From positions 44,877 through 108,876 of IMG/VR virus record IMGVR_UViG_3300020048_000055: DNA of 64,000 bases. One strand, written 5' to 3'. Made by a program: the position numbers and the translations under genes. Source of the DNA: a virus. Position 1 is the first letter of the stretch. Each line of letters starts with the position of its first letter. Below the pieces are notes generated by a model. The model had not been told where the DNA came from and did no database searches. It saw only the letters and a program-made list of their open reading frames with translations. Positions 31,601 through 40,556 of this stretch are shown here, in pieces.

Positions 31601-33228
31601 TTTAAAGAGTCATCAATGAATCTAATAGCTAAATTATCAAGAGCATTTACTCCTTCAATTATTACTTTGTTTTTATCTTCACCAACAAACTCAATATCTC
31701 GGAAAGAACTCAAATCCAGTGTATTTGAATTTACAACATAGTTTCCATTTCTGATAAAAATAGTACCTGTTAAATTTGGATACTCGGATTTTATTGAAGA
31801 CAAGATATCATTGAAAAAATAACCTTCTGTATTTTTTACAACATAGTCTGAGGATTTTGTTTTATGCCCACCCTCCTGTGAAATTACAACATTGTGGATT
31901 CGAGGACCATAATAATCTGGAGTAATTAAATCACTATAACCAGAAAGAGGTATTGACCCAATTGCAAGAGAAGGGGGAATCTTTCCATTAGCTACTGCAA
32001 TTGGAAAACCTGTATTATAGGTATTAAGTTCTTTAGTTACAAAGGGCCAGTACTGTTTCTTTGTAGAACTCCAGTACATTAAAGCTAAAACTGCCTCATC
32101 CCTTCTTTCAATAGTGAACTCATATTCTCCTGTGAAATCTGCAATCATTTGAGTTTTTGTTATCATCACATAAGACTTTTCAGTTGAATCTCTAAGAATA
32201 ATAGAAGGTTCATTAAATAGTACAGAAGAACCCTCTATATTATTCTTAGAAAGTTTTACATCAAGACCTGCGAAAGTAAGTTTATAGTTGGTTTTTACTG
32301 AGGAAGTAAACTCTGTTGCATTTTCGTTTATAAATGAAATCTCAAATGGCATAACACCAAAGGTAGAGGATACTTGAACTGGATGTACTCTACTCACTAT
32401 TGCACTTATTTCTGCGGTAGCTGAATCATCATAACCTTTTACAGGGTCTTTTGTTGAAGTATAAATAAGAGGAATTAAAGACTCGAAAGAAAGAGCAATA
32501 CCCTCATTATTATCCGCTCCATCCCAACCATAGGTTGTAACAAAGTCATCGGACACCTTATTTGCCATTGAAATTATTTTTGAGGTTATTAGTTCATTGG
32601 AAATGCTTGAAACATTGATTGGAATTTCAATTTCTGTTAAAGGTAATACTACACCATCAAGACCTAGACGGTCTTGTCTGAAACCCATATCACCTACATA
32701 TTGAAAGAAACTAAACAGTGGAGGATTTAAATGGTCTACTCCTACAGGAACTTTACCATAGAATGTAAGTACGCCTGAAAAAGTATCGAACACCCAGTCA
32801 CCCACGCCAAAGGGAATCTTTTTTCCTCCAGACGTTTTGAGGGAATAGTTGTAGATATCCTCAGAGAAGTTGAAAGGAATTATTTGTTGTAAGTTATTCC
32901 CCTGACTATCTAAAAGAACGAAAGCATTATCTGTACCAGCATCTATGGCACTGAATACATAATCCTTGAATCTTTTTACTATAGGTATGGTTTCCGAGTC
33001 TGATTTCTGCCAAGAAAATATCCCATTATTATCTAAGGAAGTAATTCCCTCATTTCGAGCTTCATCTCCAAGAGGTATTTTATCTCCATACGTCCATAAT
33101 TGACTTGGGGTAATAGTGAAGCTTGAGTTAATGGGTTCCTCGAAAAACTCTCTTTTTTCCTTAGAGTCGGAAGTTCCTAAATAGTGCTTAAATATCTTGT
33201 TTGATTCTTGTTCTGTGGTTAGTGACAT
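28609..33228 (-). CDS. Large virion structural protein (baseplate/fibre-like, central beta-helix-like region)
   Basis: 1539 aa, mosaic of motifs shared with its neighbours, late promoter ACTAACT at about 33270. Confidence 0.6.
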   Translation of the reverse strand: MSLTTEQESNKIFKHYLGTSDSKEKREFFEEPINSSFTITPSQLWTYGDKIPLGDEARNEGITSLDNNGIFSWQKSDSETIPIVKRFKDYVFSAIDAGTDNAFVLLDSQGNNLQQIIPFNFSEDIYNYSLKTSGGKKIPFGVGDWVFDTFSGVLTFYGKVPVGVDHLNPPLFSFFQYVGDMGFRQDRLGLDGVVLPLTEIEIPINVSSISNELITSKIISMANKVSDDFVTTYGWDGADNNEGIALSFESLIPLIYTSTKDPVKGYDDSATAEISAIVSRVHPVQVSSTFGVMPFEISFINENATEFTSSVKTNYKLTFAGLDVKLSKNNIEGSSVLFNEPSIILRDSTEKSYVMITKTQMIADFTGEYEFTIERRDEAVLALMYWSSTKKQYWPFVTKELNTYNTGFPIAVANGKIPPSLAIGSIPLSGYSDLITPDYYGPRIHNVVISQEGGHKTKSSDYVVKNTEGYFFNDILSSIKSEYPNLTGTIFIRNGNYVVNSNTLDLSSFRDIEFVGEDKNKVIIEGVNALDNLAIRFIDDSLNTPCDFGIRNVSLKNATITLSSETGKTFVLDNVLGINCDLVVLKRVSPTIMVRNSNFDEVSFTSPEEITETDLSSVNFDKLSTFIYDNTFNTFVINIKSSSVRGNFITTASLNNGSIFFKENTVVTLATKASGAVVQSCSIQTYGATIAKNEYPAKFANGAIPIYGAFGYNHKKYVNLSEPFYYEEFDTEGNSSDLIKIKLDSEVLEINANGALTTCLKADRINVGALPFDQNAINDDLDEATRRVFDGGTLTEALSLITRYKADLISGKVPLRQLPDAVAYGGLLYKGTWCFETMLGVYPTNADLASAVSEEDLSKEDYIDTLQAGWFVIISPSVQALAENDPARVQTTIDSVQYTAGDWCVWNGHDWEKLDRAYQDACYAILAAYDPDNNPWYWKQNGATGWLDFSNVTIYEAFSRINDLFTKLIPKRPSSINDESIKLEIKTILTNYVIQSIKNNGTLNTLRNAFNINELGAKRITVGIPDSEERTGIVYYGDTSTISAIIDSTIVGQANLDYTKDNRQVVNALHIVKDFDPYSKKDFGEKFWKGILADIVPTTDVDTLGIHTYSLVIDNSLPVTITQNTNGTKTKTYELFLPFKPSSIGVGDVNTSDFDPSLPNAKTNTHACSGIYKLPFSFIVNISTTLLKALYENIKGTDNSVFIKNSVTNEYLPVTGFSVDKNNEADDADRFFDIIISNYSTTIESNRIFENFSFTTKVYDVTGSSFVETEIVLFNTRIDNSVETERLTSGISTYIYPTYNANPTNGLNQCGKVYSSSTSIRNGFYISELMKIGRNRMVDGNFVEAVNEYKWPEGKHYYLTSSFIDYLGTTGSLLTQSFFSSDEPREWMRTEEVRWVTLEKFINSDKSLSEVILKDSNGFILNFEVSEDRKEFFVQDDLSGSTNNVLIYAKLLGLDTISQTYISDSEGLNSGWIDCNLPYDGFSKPFNNGDASMYAGSSTAESKRVTFGRAVRSGKLIVRVGITKNSGIEFKGISISGVI

Positions 33229-33278
33229 AAATTATAAATTTCCTTTTTAAAACATTCCTATAGAGTTAGTTGAAAACT

Positions 33279-35339
33279 TTAGGTTGTTGGAATTACTTCA
33301 ATATTTCTAAAACGTATATTACTTGTTTTTAGAAAACCAATACGAATGAAGATTTCTCCACCAATAGCTTTTTTACCAAAAGTTATTTTTTTCTTGTTTA
33401 GAGAAGATCCATGAACAATTAAACATGCGTCCCCATCATTAATAGGGTCTGTTACCCCATTGTAACAACTGTTAGCATCAAACCATCCACTCTTATTAAG
33501 CACCTTTGTGAATAAAAGTGCATTGGTAAACTCATGAGAATCAATATCTTCCTGTGCGTTTACTAAGTCATTAATTGTAATATAAACCCCATTGCAAACA
33601 GGGATTGTAAACTTGAAGGTTGCCCACCGAATTCCTGAAGGAGATATATCCGTTGTATAGTTTGGTCCTGATACTTGAATTACATTAGAAAGAGATTGAT
33701 TGAGAAACACACCATTTGTCGAGTAATCACCTGAGGGCCATTTAAATATTCCATTTATAAGTTGAAGTTCTAAGTTGTCTAATAAAGATTCTGTTGAATC
33801 ATACTCAGAACCAAATGAAAGAGGATAGTTACCTGTTCCAGATTTAACCCGTATGGTTTCATCACTTACTGAATCAACTCGTATAGGATACTCAGAAGTA
33901 TATATGGTATGAAAATCAGTCTGGTCTAACTTCATGCTCTTTAACTCAAAGCTAAAGTTTTCAGAATAGATATTCGATGGAATAGTTATGAGTCGAGTAT
34001 GATTATGTACAGGCTGAAAACTAGGATAAGTTATTAATGGGGAAATCTCAAAGGTTTCCTTTAGTGTAGAATAGTTTTCATACAGCATAGGGAACTCATT
34101 ACGCTTGAATGAATCATACAAATAAACTTTTGCATCCATGTGAAGTGAATCATTAGACCTTAAAGCAGGTACTCCTGAAATATAAGACCCACTACTTACT
34201 AAATCCCTTATTTTTGTTTCGTTAATTATTCCAAAAAGGGATGAGGATAGAACTCTAACATCCTCGAATCCAAATATAACCTCTTTTGTGTAATAATAGG
34301 TTTGTTCAAATGCGTATCTAAGTTGAATAGCAAGCCTTTTCTTATCAAGAACATTTGATGGGAGGGAAGCTTGAGCTATTGTGCAAAACATTTTTATCTT
34401 TTTGTATACTTTAATATTATCCAAGTATCCAGATTTTTCTATATGAAAAGTACCTAAACTTCCTAATACAGAGTTTGAAGTTGGTTGAACAGTAAGATTA
34501 AAGGTATCTATATTAATTCCATTTACTAAAAGATTAATACTTCCTTTCTCTTGGTTATAAAACTCTGGTAGTTCAATTGTTATAATATTGTCTGAGTAAG
34601 TTATATTTCTTTCTTCATTATCTAAAACATACTGAGCCGTAAATTGAATAGGAGCAGAAGCAACTAAATCAAAACCCTCAAAAGTTGAAGGTGCATCAGG
34701 AGTAATTATCTCAATTCTACTAACGAGATCAGAAACCTTTACATCTACATATTCTTTATCAACAATACTTTTATTGTATTGAGGGATATACCCATTAACC
34801 ATGGTCGTAGTGCCATCATTAAATAAGATTCTATCAGGCCCAGTACGTCCACAGTATCTCCAGAAGGTAAAAATAAACTCTGAAGAAAATCCCTCAGGTA
34901 TTCCACCCAAGAAACTTAGAGTTCCAGAGTTTCCATCCACTACCCAATTATTTAATCCAAAAGGTACTGTGTTTCCAGCCGTGTCCTTTAACTCAAAATC
35001 ATAGTTATCCCCAAAATCGAATGGAATTATATTAAAGAGAAGATTATTAAAAAAGGTTGCCTTAGTTCCATTAACTAAAATAAGATGTAACTCTGTTACT
35101 TTTCTTACTATAGGTATATTCTCACTGAAAGCTTGTATCTGATAAAATCCATCAGTATCAATTTGTCCGACCGGTGCGACATTTGGAATGTATTGAGCAT
35201 CCATCCAAATGTTTTGGATCTTAACATGATTTTCTGACTTTCTAGATTCCTCGTAGGTAGCTAAATTTGGATTTGTATTAGCTACTTCCTGAGATGCTTT
35301 ATACGATGCTATGCTATTGTATTTTTCAAAGTTGTCCAT
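33279..35339 (-). CDS. Virion structural protein, paralogue of 28609..33228
   Basis: Shared N-terminal (IIPF.F..PFG...W..D..SG.L.F) and C-terminal (RW.T...GW.D.N...TFG...R.G) domains. Confidence 0.6.
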   Translation of the reverse strand: MDNFEKYNSIASYKASQEVANTNPNLATYEESRKSENHVKIQNIWMDAQYIPNVAPVGQIDTDGFYQIQAFSENIPIVRKVTELHLILVNGTKATFFNNLLFNIIPFDFGDNYDFELKDTAGNTVPFGLNNWVVDGNSGTLSFLGGIPEGFSSEFIFTFWRYCGRTGPDRILFNDGTTTMVNGYIPQYNKSIVDKEYVDVKVSDLVSRIEIITPDAPSTFEGFDLVASAPIQFTAQYVLDNEERNITYSDNIITIELPEFYNQEKGSINLLVNGINIDTFNLTVQPTSNSVLGSLGTFHIEKSGYLDNIKVYKKIKMFCTIAQASLPSNVLDKKRLAIQLRYAFEQTYYYTKEVIFGFEDVRVLSSSLFGIINETKIRDLVSSGSYISGVPALRSNDSLHMDAKVYLYDSFKRNEFPMLYENYSTLKETFEISPLITYPSFQPVHNHTRLITIPSNIYSENFSFELKSMKLDQTDFHTIYTSEYPIRVDSVSDETIRVKSGTGNYPLSFGSEYDSTESLLDNLELQLINGIFKWPSGDYSTNGVFLNQSLSNVIQVSGPNYTTDISPSGIRWATFKFTIPVCNGVYITINDLVNAQEDIDSHEFTNALLFTKVLNKSGWFDANSCYNGVTDPINDGDACLIVHGSSLNKKKITFGKKAIGGEIFIRIGFLKTSNIRFRNIEVIPTT

Positions 35340-38046
35340 TGATACTTTCCTCTAAAGATGAAATAAGTTTTTTAACATTTAGTGATTGACCTTTTACCAA
35401 GCCAACTCTTACAGCTAATGAATTGTAATTCAGATTCAAAGGAGACCTTCCAAAAGTAAACCATCTTCTAATTTTTCCAGATCTTGATAAATCTAATCCC
35501 GCATAATTTTTGTCTTGATTTGTAAAAGAAGACTTTCCTGTGAATGGAGTGTTTAAGTTTATCCACTTATTTGAAATCATAGTATCTAAGTTTACGGGAC
35601 TAATCCACATAAAAATATCTTTCAAGGTTCCATTTAAGTTTTTGTCAAAACCTTTCTCATCAATTCTTGAGATATCTATATACCCATTAAATATCTTGTT
35701 ACAAGGAATTAGTAACGTAATCCATCTTACAAGTGAGCCTTCACAAGAGGTAGTCTCAAAGATAGAGTAATCAGGACTCTCAAAAGGTGTATAATCATAA
35801 GGAGTAAATACCGCTATGTCATTAATAATCTGTAATTCCTTTCTATATCTAGGGTCTGTTCCAGTTAAAGAAATCGTAGAATCAAATTTTTCTAACACAG
35901 GTGATTCAGTATCATTAGGGGGATAATTGTCTGCATCATCTTCGATATAAATATATCTGTATGCCTCCACTGTAGACATATCAAATCTTATTTGATTTGA
36001 TGTAGTGGTTCTAGAATTTATAACTGTTCCAAATAAGTTTTTTGCAAAAGTATCTATTGAAAATACCCCTAAGAAATCTAATGGCAACTGTATTGATTTA
36101 GATTTTATTGAAAGTGTACCATCAGTCTCTACAAAATCAAGTACTAGTTTAGAAATTACAGTTAGTTTTGTAATTGGGTCAACATAAGAATAGTGTCCTA
36201 AATCAATCGGAATATATCTATTGGTTCTTACGTTAGTAATTTTTGTTTGAAGAATTATTCCAGTATTATTATTTGATGCTTTGACACCTGAAACTGTAGT
36301 ATCTAAGAGTGGAGCAAAAATATCACTCAAACTTATCACAGGAGAAGCAGGTACTGCATAGTTAAAGGTTACACCCTTTGTAGTATATACATCGGTACCA
36401 ATTGTGTGTCTGTATTTAATAGAATGAACACCTTCTTCAATTGTGCTTGAAGAAAATGATATTGCAATACCATTATAGGAGCCGGTAAAACCGGGTGTTT
36501 CTTTGTAATAATCCTCAAATTTTTCTACAACTATTCCTTCATATCCTGAACCAATATGAATAGATTCATCTAATTCCAAAGTTGCAACTACTACATCATC
36601 AATTAGGACTTGAACAGTACCAGTATTTGTAGGGTAAAACTTATTAGAGATAGAGGTTGTTAAACTTCCAAAATAAGCAGAAATTTCTTTGTTTGTGAAA
36701 GTATCAAAAACATTTACAACCTCTGAGTTTAATTTTATCTCAACAACATTAATATTTGGAGGAAGTCCCGGCTCCACCTTACCCGCAAGATTGGCTACAG
36801 CAGTTACACTAGCTTCAAGGGTTTGAAAGGCTTTATTGTAAACTTCTAAAGTCTGTCCAATAGTGTATCCAGTTATATTAAACTTTCCATCAGAGAAATC
36901 TATAAGATTATCTACGTCCTGATGAAGTATCTGTAATGATGCCCATTCTAATGATTCTAAAGGGAAATCCGTAATATCTTTTAATAGGTGGGTATGAGGT
37001 TGTGTCTTTGAATATACGGAAGAAAGTTTTCCATCTGCATTTACAATTATTGTATCTTCGTCTATTGGAAGATCACGAACATTTACTTGAAAAACCTTAG
37101 AGAACTCTACAACTTTATCTTCAATGTAATCGTCAATTCCCTCAATTCTATCGGGAGTAATAGTATAATTTCCACAAGGACCACCATCAGTTCCTGTGCC
37201 TGTTCCGGTAGAAGATAATCCTTCAATAGTATATACAGAAAGTAACGAAGGGTTTATGCTTAATTCACCTTCATCATTTTTTATAATTGAAAGAGCATCA
37301 AACTTAACATCAGCATACGTTCCACCAGAATCTTGGGTAAGTTTTATTGCAGAGCTACTTGATGCTAAAAGTTTATTTAGCTTTATTGAGGATTCAATCG
37401 AAGCAAGCCTTGCTGAAAGGGAGGTGACATTTTCAATGCTTACAGTTACTGTTCCTGTTCCTGTTCCTGTTCCTGTTCCTGTTCCCTCAATAGGGTCTCC
37501 ATTGACATCAGAAAAGGAACCATCCGAATACAGTTGTCCCTCAGCATTTTTCTTTACTGAGTATTCGTCAATCTTAATATCAGCAGAGATAGTTTTTAAC
37601 TTATCATCAAACTTAAATTGAACACCATTACCGGTTGAATTAGAGAATATTTTTGTTTTAAGTAAAGAATAAATAACGGGTTCTAATGATGCAGAGTTTA
37701 TATCTTCAAGCTTATGGCTATGCTCAGGTATGTCCTCAGCTAAAAGTGTTGATGCTTCTACAATGTTTCCATTTTGTCCGAGGATGAATTTTGTATAAGT
37801 ACCCGGTACAGGACTGGAAGAGCTATTGGAAATATTAAACGAGACAATACCACCAGTAGACTTAAACCATTTGTCATCAGAATTATTATCATCTATGTAT
37901 ATAAGCCAATCCCCGAGGGCATAATGAATACTATTAAAAACACCGGCTTCGGTAATATAAAACGAGGCAAACTGTACCTCAGGGTCTGTTATTATTGGAA
38001 GCATTCCATTGGAGGGAGACCACGTTCCTGTATATTGAGTTGCCAT
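35326..38046 (-). CDS. Virion structural protein with H-x-H fibre motifs and shared C-terminal domain
   Basis: EHSHKLEDI and PHTHLLKDI tail-fibre motifs, GT repeats, RW.T...TFG...VRVG C-terminus. Confidence 0.6.
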   Translation of the reverse strand: MATQYTGTWSPSNGMLPIITDPEVQFASFYITEAGVFNSIHYALGDWLIYIDDNNSDDKWFKSTGGIVSFNISNSSSSPVPGTYTKFILGQNGNIVEASTLLAEDIPEHSHKLEDINSASLEPVIYSLLKTKIFSNSTGNGVQFKFDDKLKTISADIKIDEYSVKKNAEGQLYSDGSFSDVNGDPIEGTGTGTGTGTGTVTVSIENVTSLSARLASIESSIKLNKLLASSSSAIKLTQDSGGTYADVKFDALSIIKNDEGELSINPSLLSVYTIEGLSSTGTGTGTDGGPCGNYTITPDRIEGIDDYIEDKVVEFSKVFQVNVRDLPIDEDTIIVNADGKLSSVYSKTQPHTHLLKDITDFPLESLEWASLQILHQDVDNLIDFSDGKFNITGYTIGQTLEVYNKAFQTLEASVTAVANLAGKVEPGLPPNINVVEIKLNSEVVNVFDTFTNKEISAYFGSLTTSISNKFYPTNTGTVQVLIDDVVVATLELDESIHIGSGYEGIVVEKFEDYYKETPGFTGSYNGIAISFSSSTIEEGVHSIKYRHTIGTDVYTTKGVTFNYAVPASPVISLSDIFAPLLDTTVSGVKASNNNTGIILQTKITNVRTNRYIPIDLGHYSYVDPITKLTVISKLVLDFVETDGTLSIKSKSIQLPLDFLGVFSIDTFAKNLFGTVINSRTTTSNQIRFDMSTVEAYRYIYIEDDADNYPPNDTESPVLEKFDSTISLTGTDPRYRKELQIINDIAVFTPYDYTPFESPDYSIFETTSCEGSLVRWITLLIPCNKIFNGYIDISRIDEKGFDKNLNGTLKDIFMWISPVNLDTMISNKWINLNTPFTGKSSFTNQDKNYAGLDLSRSGKIRRWFTFGRSPLNLNYNSLAVRVGLVKGQSLNVKKLISSLEESINGQL
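37445..37486 (-). repeat. (GGAACA)n hexamer repeat encoding a Gly-Thr linker
   Basis: gttcct repeated on the + strand, GTGTGTGTGTGT in the protein. Confidence 0.85.
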
Positions 38047-38110
38047 TATTTCTCCTACATTCTATTAGTATTTAGTCGTGCAACTAAATAAATATGAAAA
38101 AGGATGTTTT

Positions 38111-38293
38111 ATGAAATACTTGAAGAAGATTATTGAACTTTCTCTGAAATCTGTGTGTTGGGTTTTTGTTATTATAGGTCTATTTTTCAAATCAATTGGT
38201 ACTTTGTTCACAGGTTTTGGTAATTATCTATTTGTAGGAGTTGATTGCATAATTAATTTTGATTGCGACCAAAAATATTTCGACAAGTTTTAA
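38111..38293 (+). CDS. Small membrane protein
   Basis: MKYLKK followed by a hydrophobic stretch, AAGGA RBS, late motif at 38083. Confidence 0.55.
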   Translation: MKYLKKIIELSLKSVCWVFVIIGLFFKSIGTLFTGFGNYLFVGVDCIINFDCDQKYFDKF

Positions 38294-38300
38294 AATAAGA

Positions 38301-38322
38301 AAGCTCCAATTTCTTGGAGCTT
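38301..38322. terminator. Bidirectional terminator
   Basis: AAGCTCCAA-TTTC-TTGGAGCTT between convergent genes. Confidence 0.8.
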
Positions 38323-38340
38323 ATTTATTTTATTCAGAAA

Positions 38341-38535
38341 TTAAAAATGCATAAGGTTTCTGTAGGTCTTACCATGTGGGTATTTATCAGAAACATTAGA
38401 AAGAGCAGCGGCAATAAGCTCACTTACATTATCCTGTTCAGGGTCAAATCCACCAGAAGCTAATAGATGACTAATTTCATCAAGTACAACCTCTTTAATG
38501 TTGGATAGAGTTTCGGAAGCTTTTGCTAAAACATC
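38341..38535 (-). CDS. -1 frame extension (64 codons) of 38526..39374, reachable only by frameshift
   Basis: Open frame DVLAKASETL...RNLMHF-TAA with no start codon of its own. It begins at the A_AAA_AAG heptamer (38535-38541) and ends just before the terminator. Confidence 0.6.
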   Translation of the reverse strand, partial: DVLAKASETLSNIKEVVLDEISHLLASGGFDPEQDNVSELIAAALSNVSDKYPHGKTYRNLMHF

Positions 38536-39374
38536 TTTTTTAGTATCCCTGTAGATTCATCAATTTTAACTTTAATTTTTCTTACTCTATGAGAAACACC
38601 TCGTTCATTTTCATCGTAGCATTTTCTTTGAGCAATTGCATCTAATCGATTTTCTTCTGAAGTAAGTTCTTCCCATCTCCCTTCGTAAAAACCCTCGACA
38701 ATCCATTCATCCTGTGTCTTTCGTACATAAGCCTCATGTAGGTTCATTTCATCTTTTGATACTTTATTACCATAAGAAGTAAGTTCTTCAACTACATTAT
38801 CTACCCAATCAGAAACCTCATAGGAAACTTCATCAAAGCTTTTATCAAAAGGGTATGTAGAAGTCATTAAGTAATTTATAACATCAAGATTTTCATCGAC
38901 TACTAGATTATAAAATGAATTCTTAAGGGATATAAGACCCCTTACAAAACTCGACGTATCCTTAAACTCTACGTTTTCAAGGGGCTGTCCAAAAATCTTA
39001 GTTTCTTTAACTTTCTTCTTCTTTTCGTCTTTCTTTTCTACTTTCTTTTCTACTTTCTTTTCTACTTTCTTTTCCTTAGATGCTTTAACTCCCGCAGTCC
39101 AATCGGCTTTTTCTTGTGCATTTTTAAAATCTGGAATGTAGTCAGAGGATGCATCATAGTCAAAGCCTTTATCATACATTTTTGAGCCTTTTTTAGCTTC
39201 GGCTTCTTGTAGTCGTTTAGCACCGGCACCCCTTGCAATTGATTCAAAACATTGTGAATATCTTGAAGCATTTACTTCATCATCAGCAGTTGTTTCCATA
39301 CCATTTCCATAAATTTCTTCAAACGTTTTATCGCCATTTTTAGTAGAAATTATTCCCTCTTGTACTCGTCTCAT
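38526..39374 (-). CDS. Putative head-internal (cargo) polyprotein
   Basis: Leader MRRVQE-G, internal RLQE-A, KVKE-T, NLHE-A, KIDE-S sites, KKVE repeats. Confidence 0.6.
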   Translation of the reverse strand: MRRVQEGIISTKNGDKTFEEIYGNGMETTADDEVNASRYSQCFESIARGAGAKRLQEAEAKKGSKMYDKGFDYDASSDYIPDFKNAQEKADWTAGVKASKEKKVEKKVEKKVEKKDEKKKKVKETKIFGQPLENVEFKDTSSFVRGLISLKNSFYNLVVDENLDVINYLMTSTYPFDKSFDEVSYEVSDWVDNVVEELTSYGNKVSKDEMNLHEAYVRKTQDEWIVEGFYEGRWEELTSEENRLDAIAQRKCYDENERGVSHRVRKIKVKIDESTGILKKMF

Positions 39375-39375
39375 T

Positions 39376-40539
39376 TTATTCCCCTTTTCCTTTATTGTTC
39401 ATTCGTTCTCTGCCAGTATTAAAACCTTCTTGAGAATCCAAGTAGTCCCCATCATTGAATGAAAGTGTAGTTCCTTTTCTATCTGAAAGTTCATAGAACT
39501 CAATAAGATCAGAAACAAGTAATCTCTCTCTTTCACCAATATAATCCCCGTTATTATCAATAGGACGTAAGGTAGCAAGTGAATCAGATTTATTTATTGG
39601 TAATACTGCATAGCGGTTTGAACCATCAGTAGCAAACGCAATATCATAAACATTCAGAGTAGATTCAGATAATTTTTCATCCCCCTCTTCAGAACTAGAT
39701 TCATAATCTTCGTCTTCATAGTCATGGGCATCAAGGATTATTTCTGAAAGCTCAGGTGATCTAAAATAAAGTACAAAGTCTTCCATGGAGAAATTAAACC
39801 CATCATTAGGATAGGTTCCTCCAATTTGGGTATAGTCACTAAAAGAGATGTCTTTGTATTCAACTTGAACTAAGGTTACAGGATGAAAACTATATCCACC
39901 GCTACAAACAGTATCAATATCTACCGAGTTCTGTAAGTCCTTTACCTGTTCCATAAACTCAGGATTAATAAACTCAAGGAAACCTTTAATATCAAATGAT
40001 TCTTTTTGTGCTTCTGTTGCAGACATTTCCATAAATGATTCTTCACCATTTTCATCTTTTATCAAACAGAACTGGCAAAGAAGGTCTTCGAGATAAGCTA
40101 ATTCCTGAACCGCAAAATGATTTTTTACAAAATCAAAAGATTCTTGACCAACAGGCTTTACACCAGTCATCTCAAAGAAATCAATTAGCGTAGTAGCATT
40201 TTCAATTATTTCATCCTCTGACATTCCAGAGTCTTCATCATTATTAGGAACAATGGCATCAAAATATTCTGAAAGGTCAATAACTATACTTCCAAACTCA
40301 ATATCAAACTCATGCATTGGTACGTCTTCTAAAGCTTCCGTTCCCCAATCATACCCATGAACTTCTACCGAAAAAGTTCCATCCCCATAGTTGAAGCAAA
40401 CATTATCTAACTGAAGTTTCTTTGTCTCTTTTCTATAGGTTCCTATCTTTCCTGTAACAAACTTTATTCCGTTACCTCTAAAATCTTTTGCCTTTACGGT
40501 ATATCCAGCGCCCGGTCCTTCTTGTAATCGTTTAATCAT
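39376..40539 (-). CDS. Acidic putative head-internal protein
   Basis: Leader MIKRLQE-G, internal KLSE-S preceded by an acidic linker. Confidence 0.6.
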   Translation of the reverse strand: MIKRLQEGPGAGYTVKAKDFRGNGIKFVTGKIGTYRKETKKLQLDNVCFNYGDGTFSVEVHGYDWGTEALEDVPMHEFDIEFGSIVIDLSEYFDAIVPNNDEDSGMSEDEIIENATTLIDFFEMTGVKPVGQESFDFVKNHFAVQELAYLEDLLCQFCLIKDENGEESFMEMSATEAQKESFDIKGFLEFINPEFMEQVKDLQNSVDIDTVCSGGYSFHPVTLVQVEYKDISFSDYTQIGGTYPNDGFNFSMEDFVLYFRSPELSEIILDAHDYEDEDYESSSEEGDEKLSESTLNVYDIAFATDGSNRYAVLPINKSDSLATLRPIDNNGDYIGERERLLVSDLIEFYELSDRKGTTLSFNDGDYLDSQEGFNTGRERMNNKGKGE

Positions 40540-40556
40540 AATAATATTCCTTTATA

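Noticed and set aside
38341-38528. TAG read-through or alternative genetic code
   Set aside because: Frame 0 after the TAG closes again within about 21 codons, and the long genes are intact under the standard code. The coding-like continuation is in the -1 frame.
39020-39075. 12-bp KKVE repeat as a regulatory repeat
   Set aside because: It is an in-frame low-complexity linker
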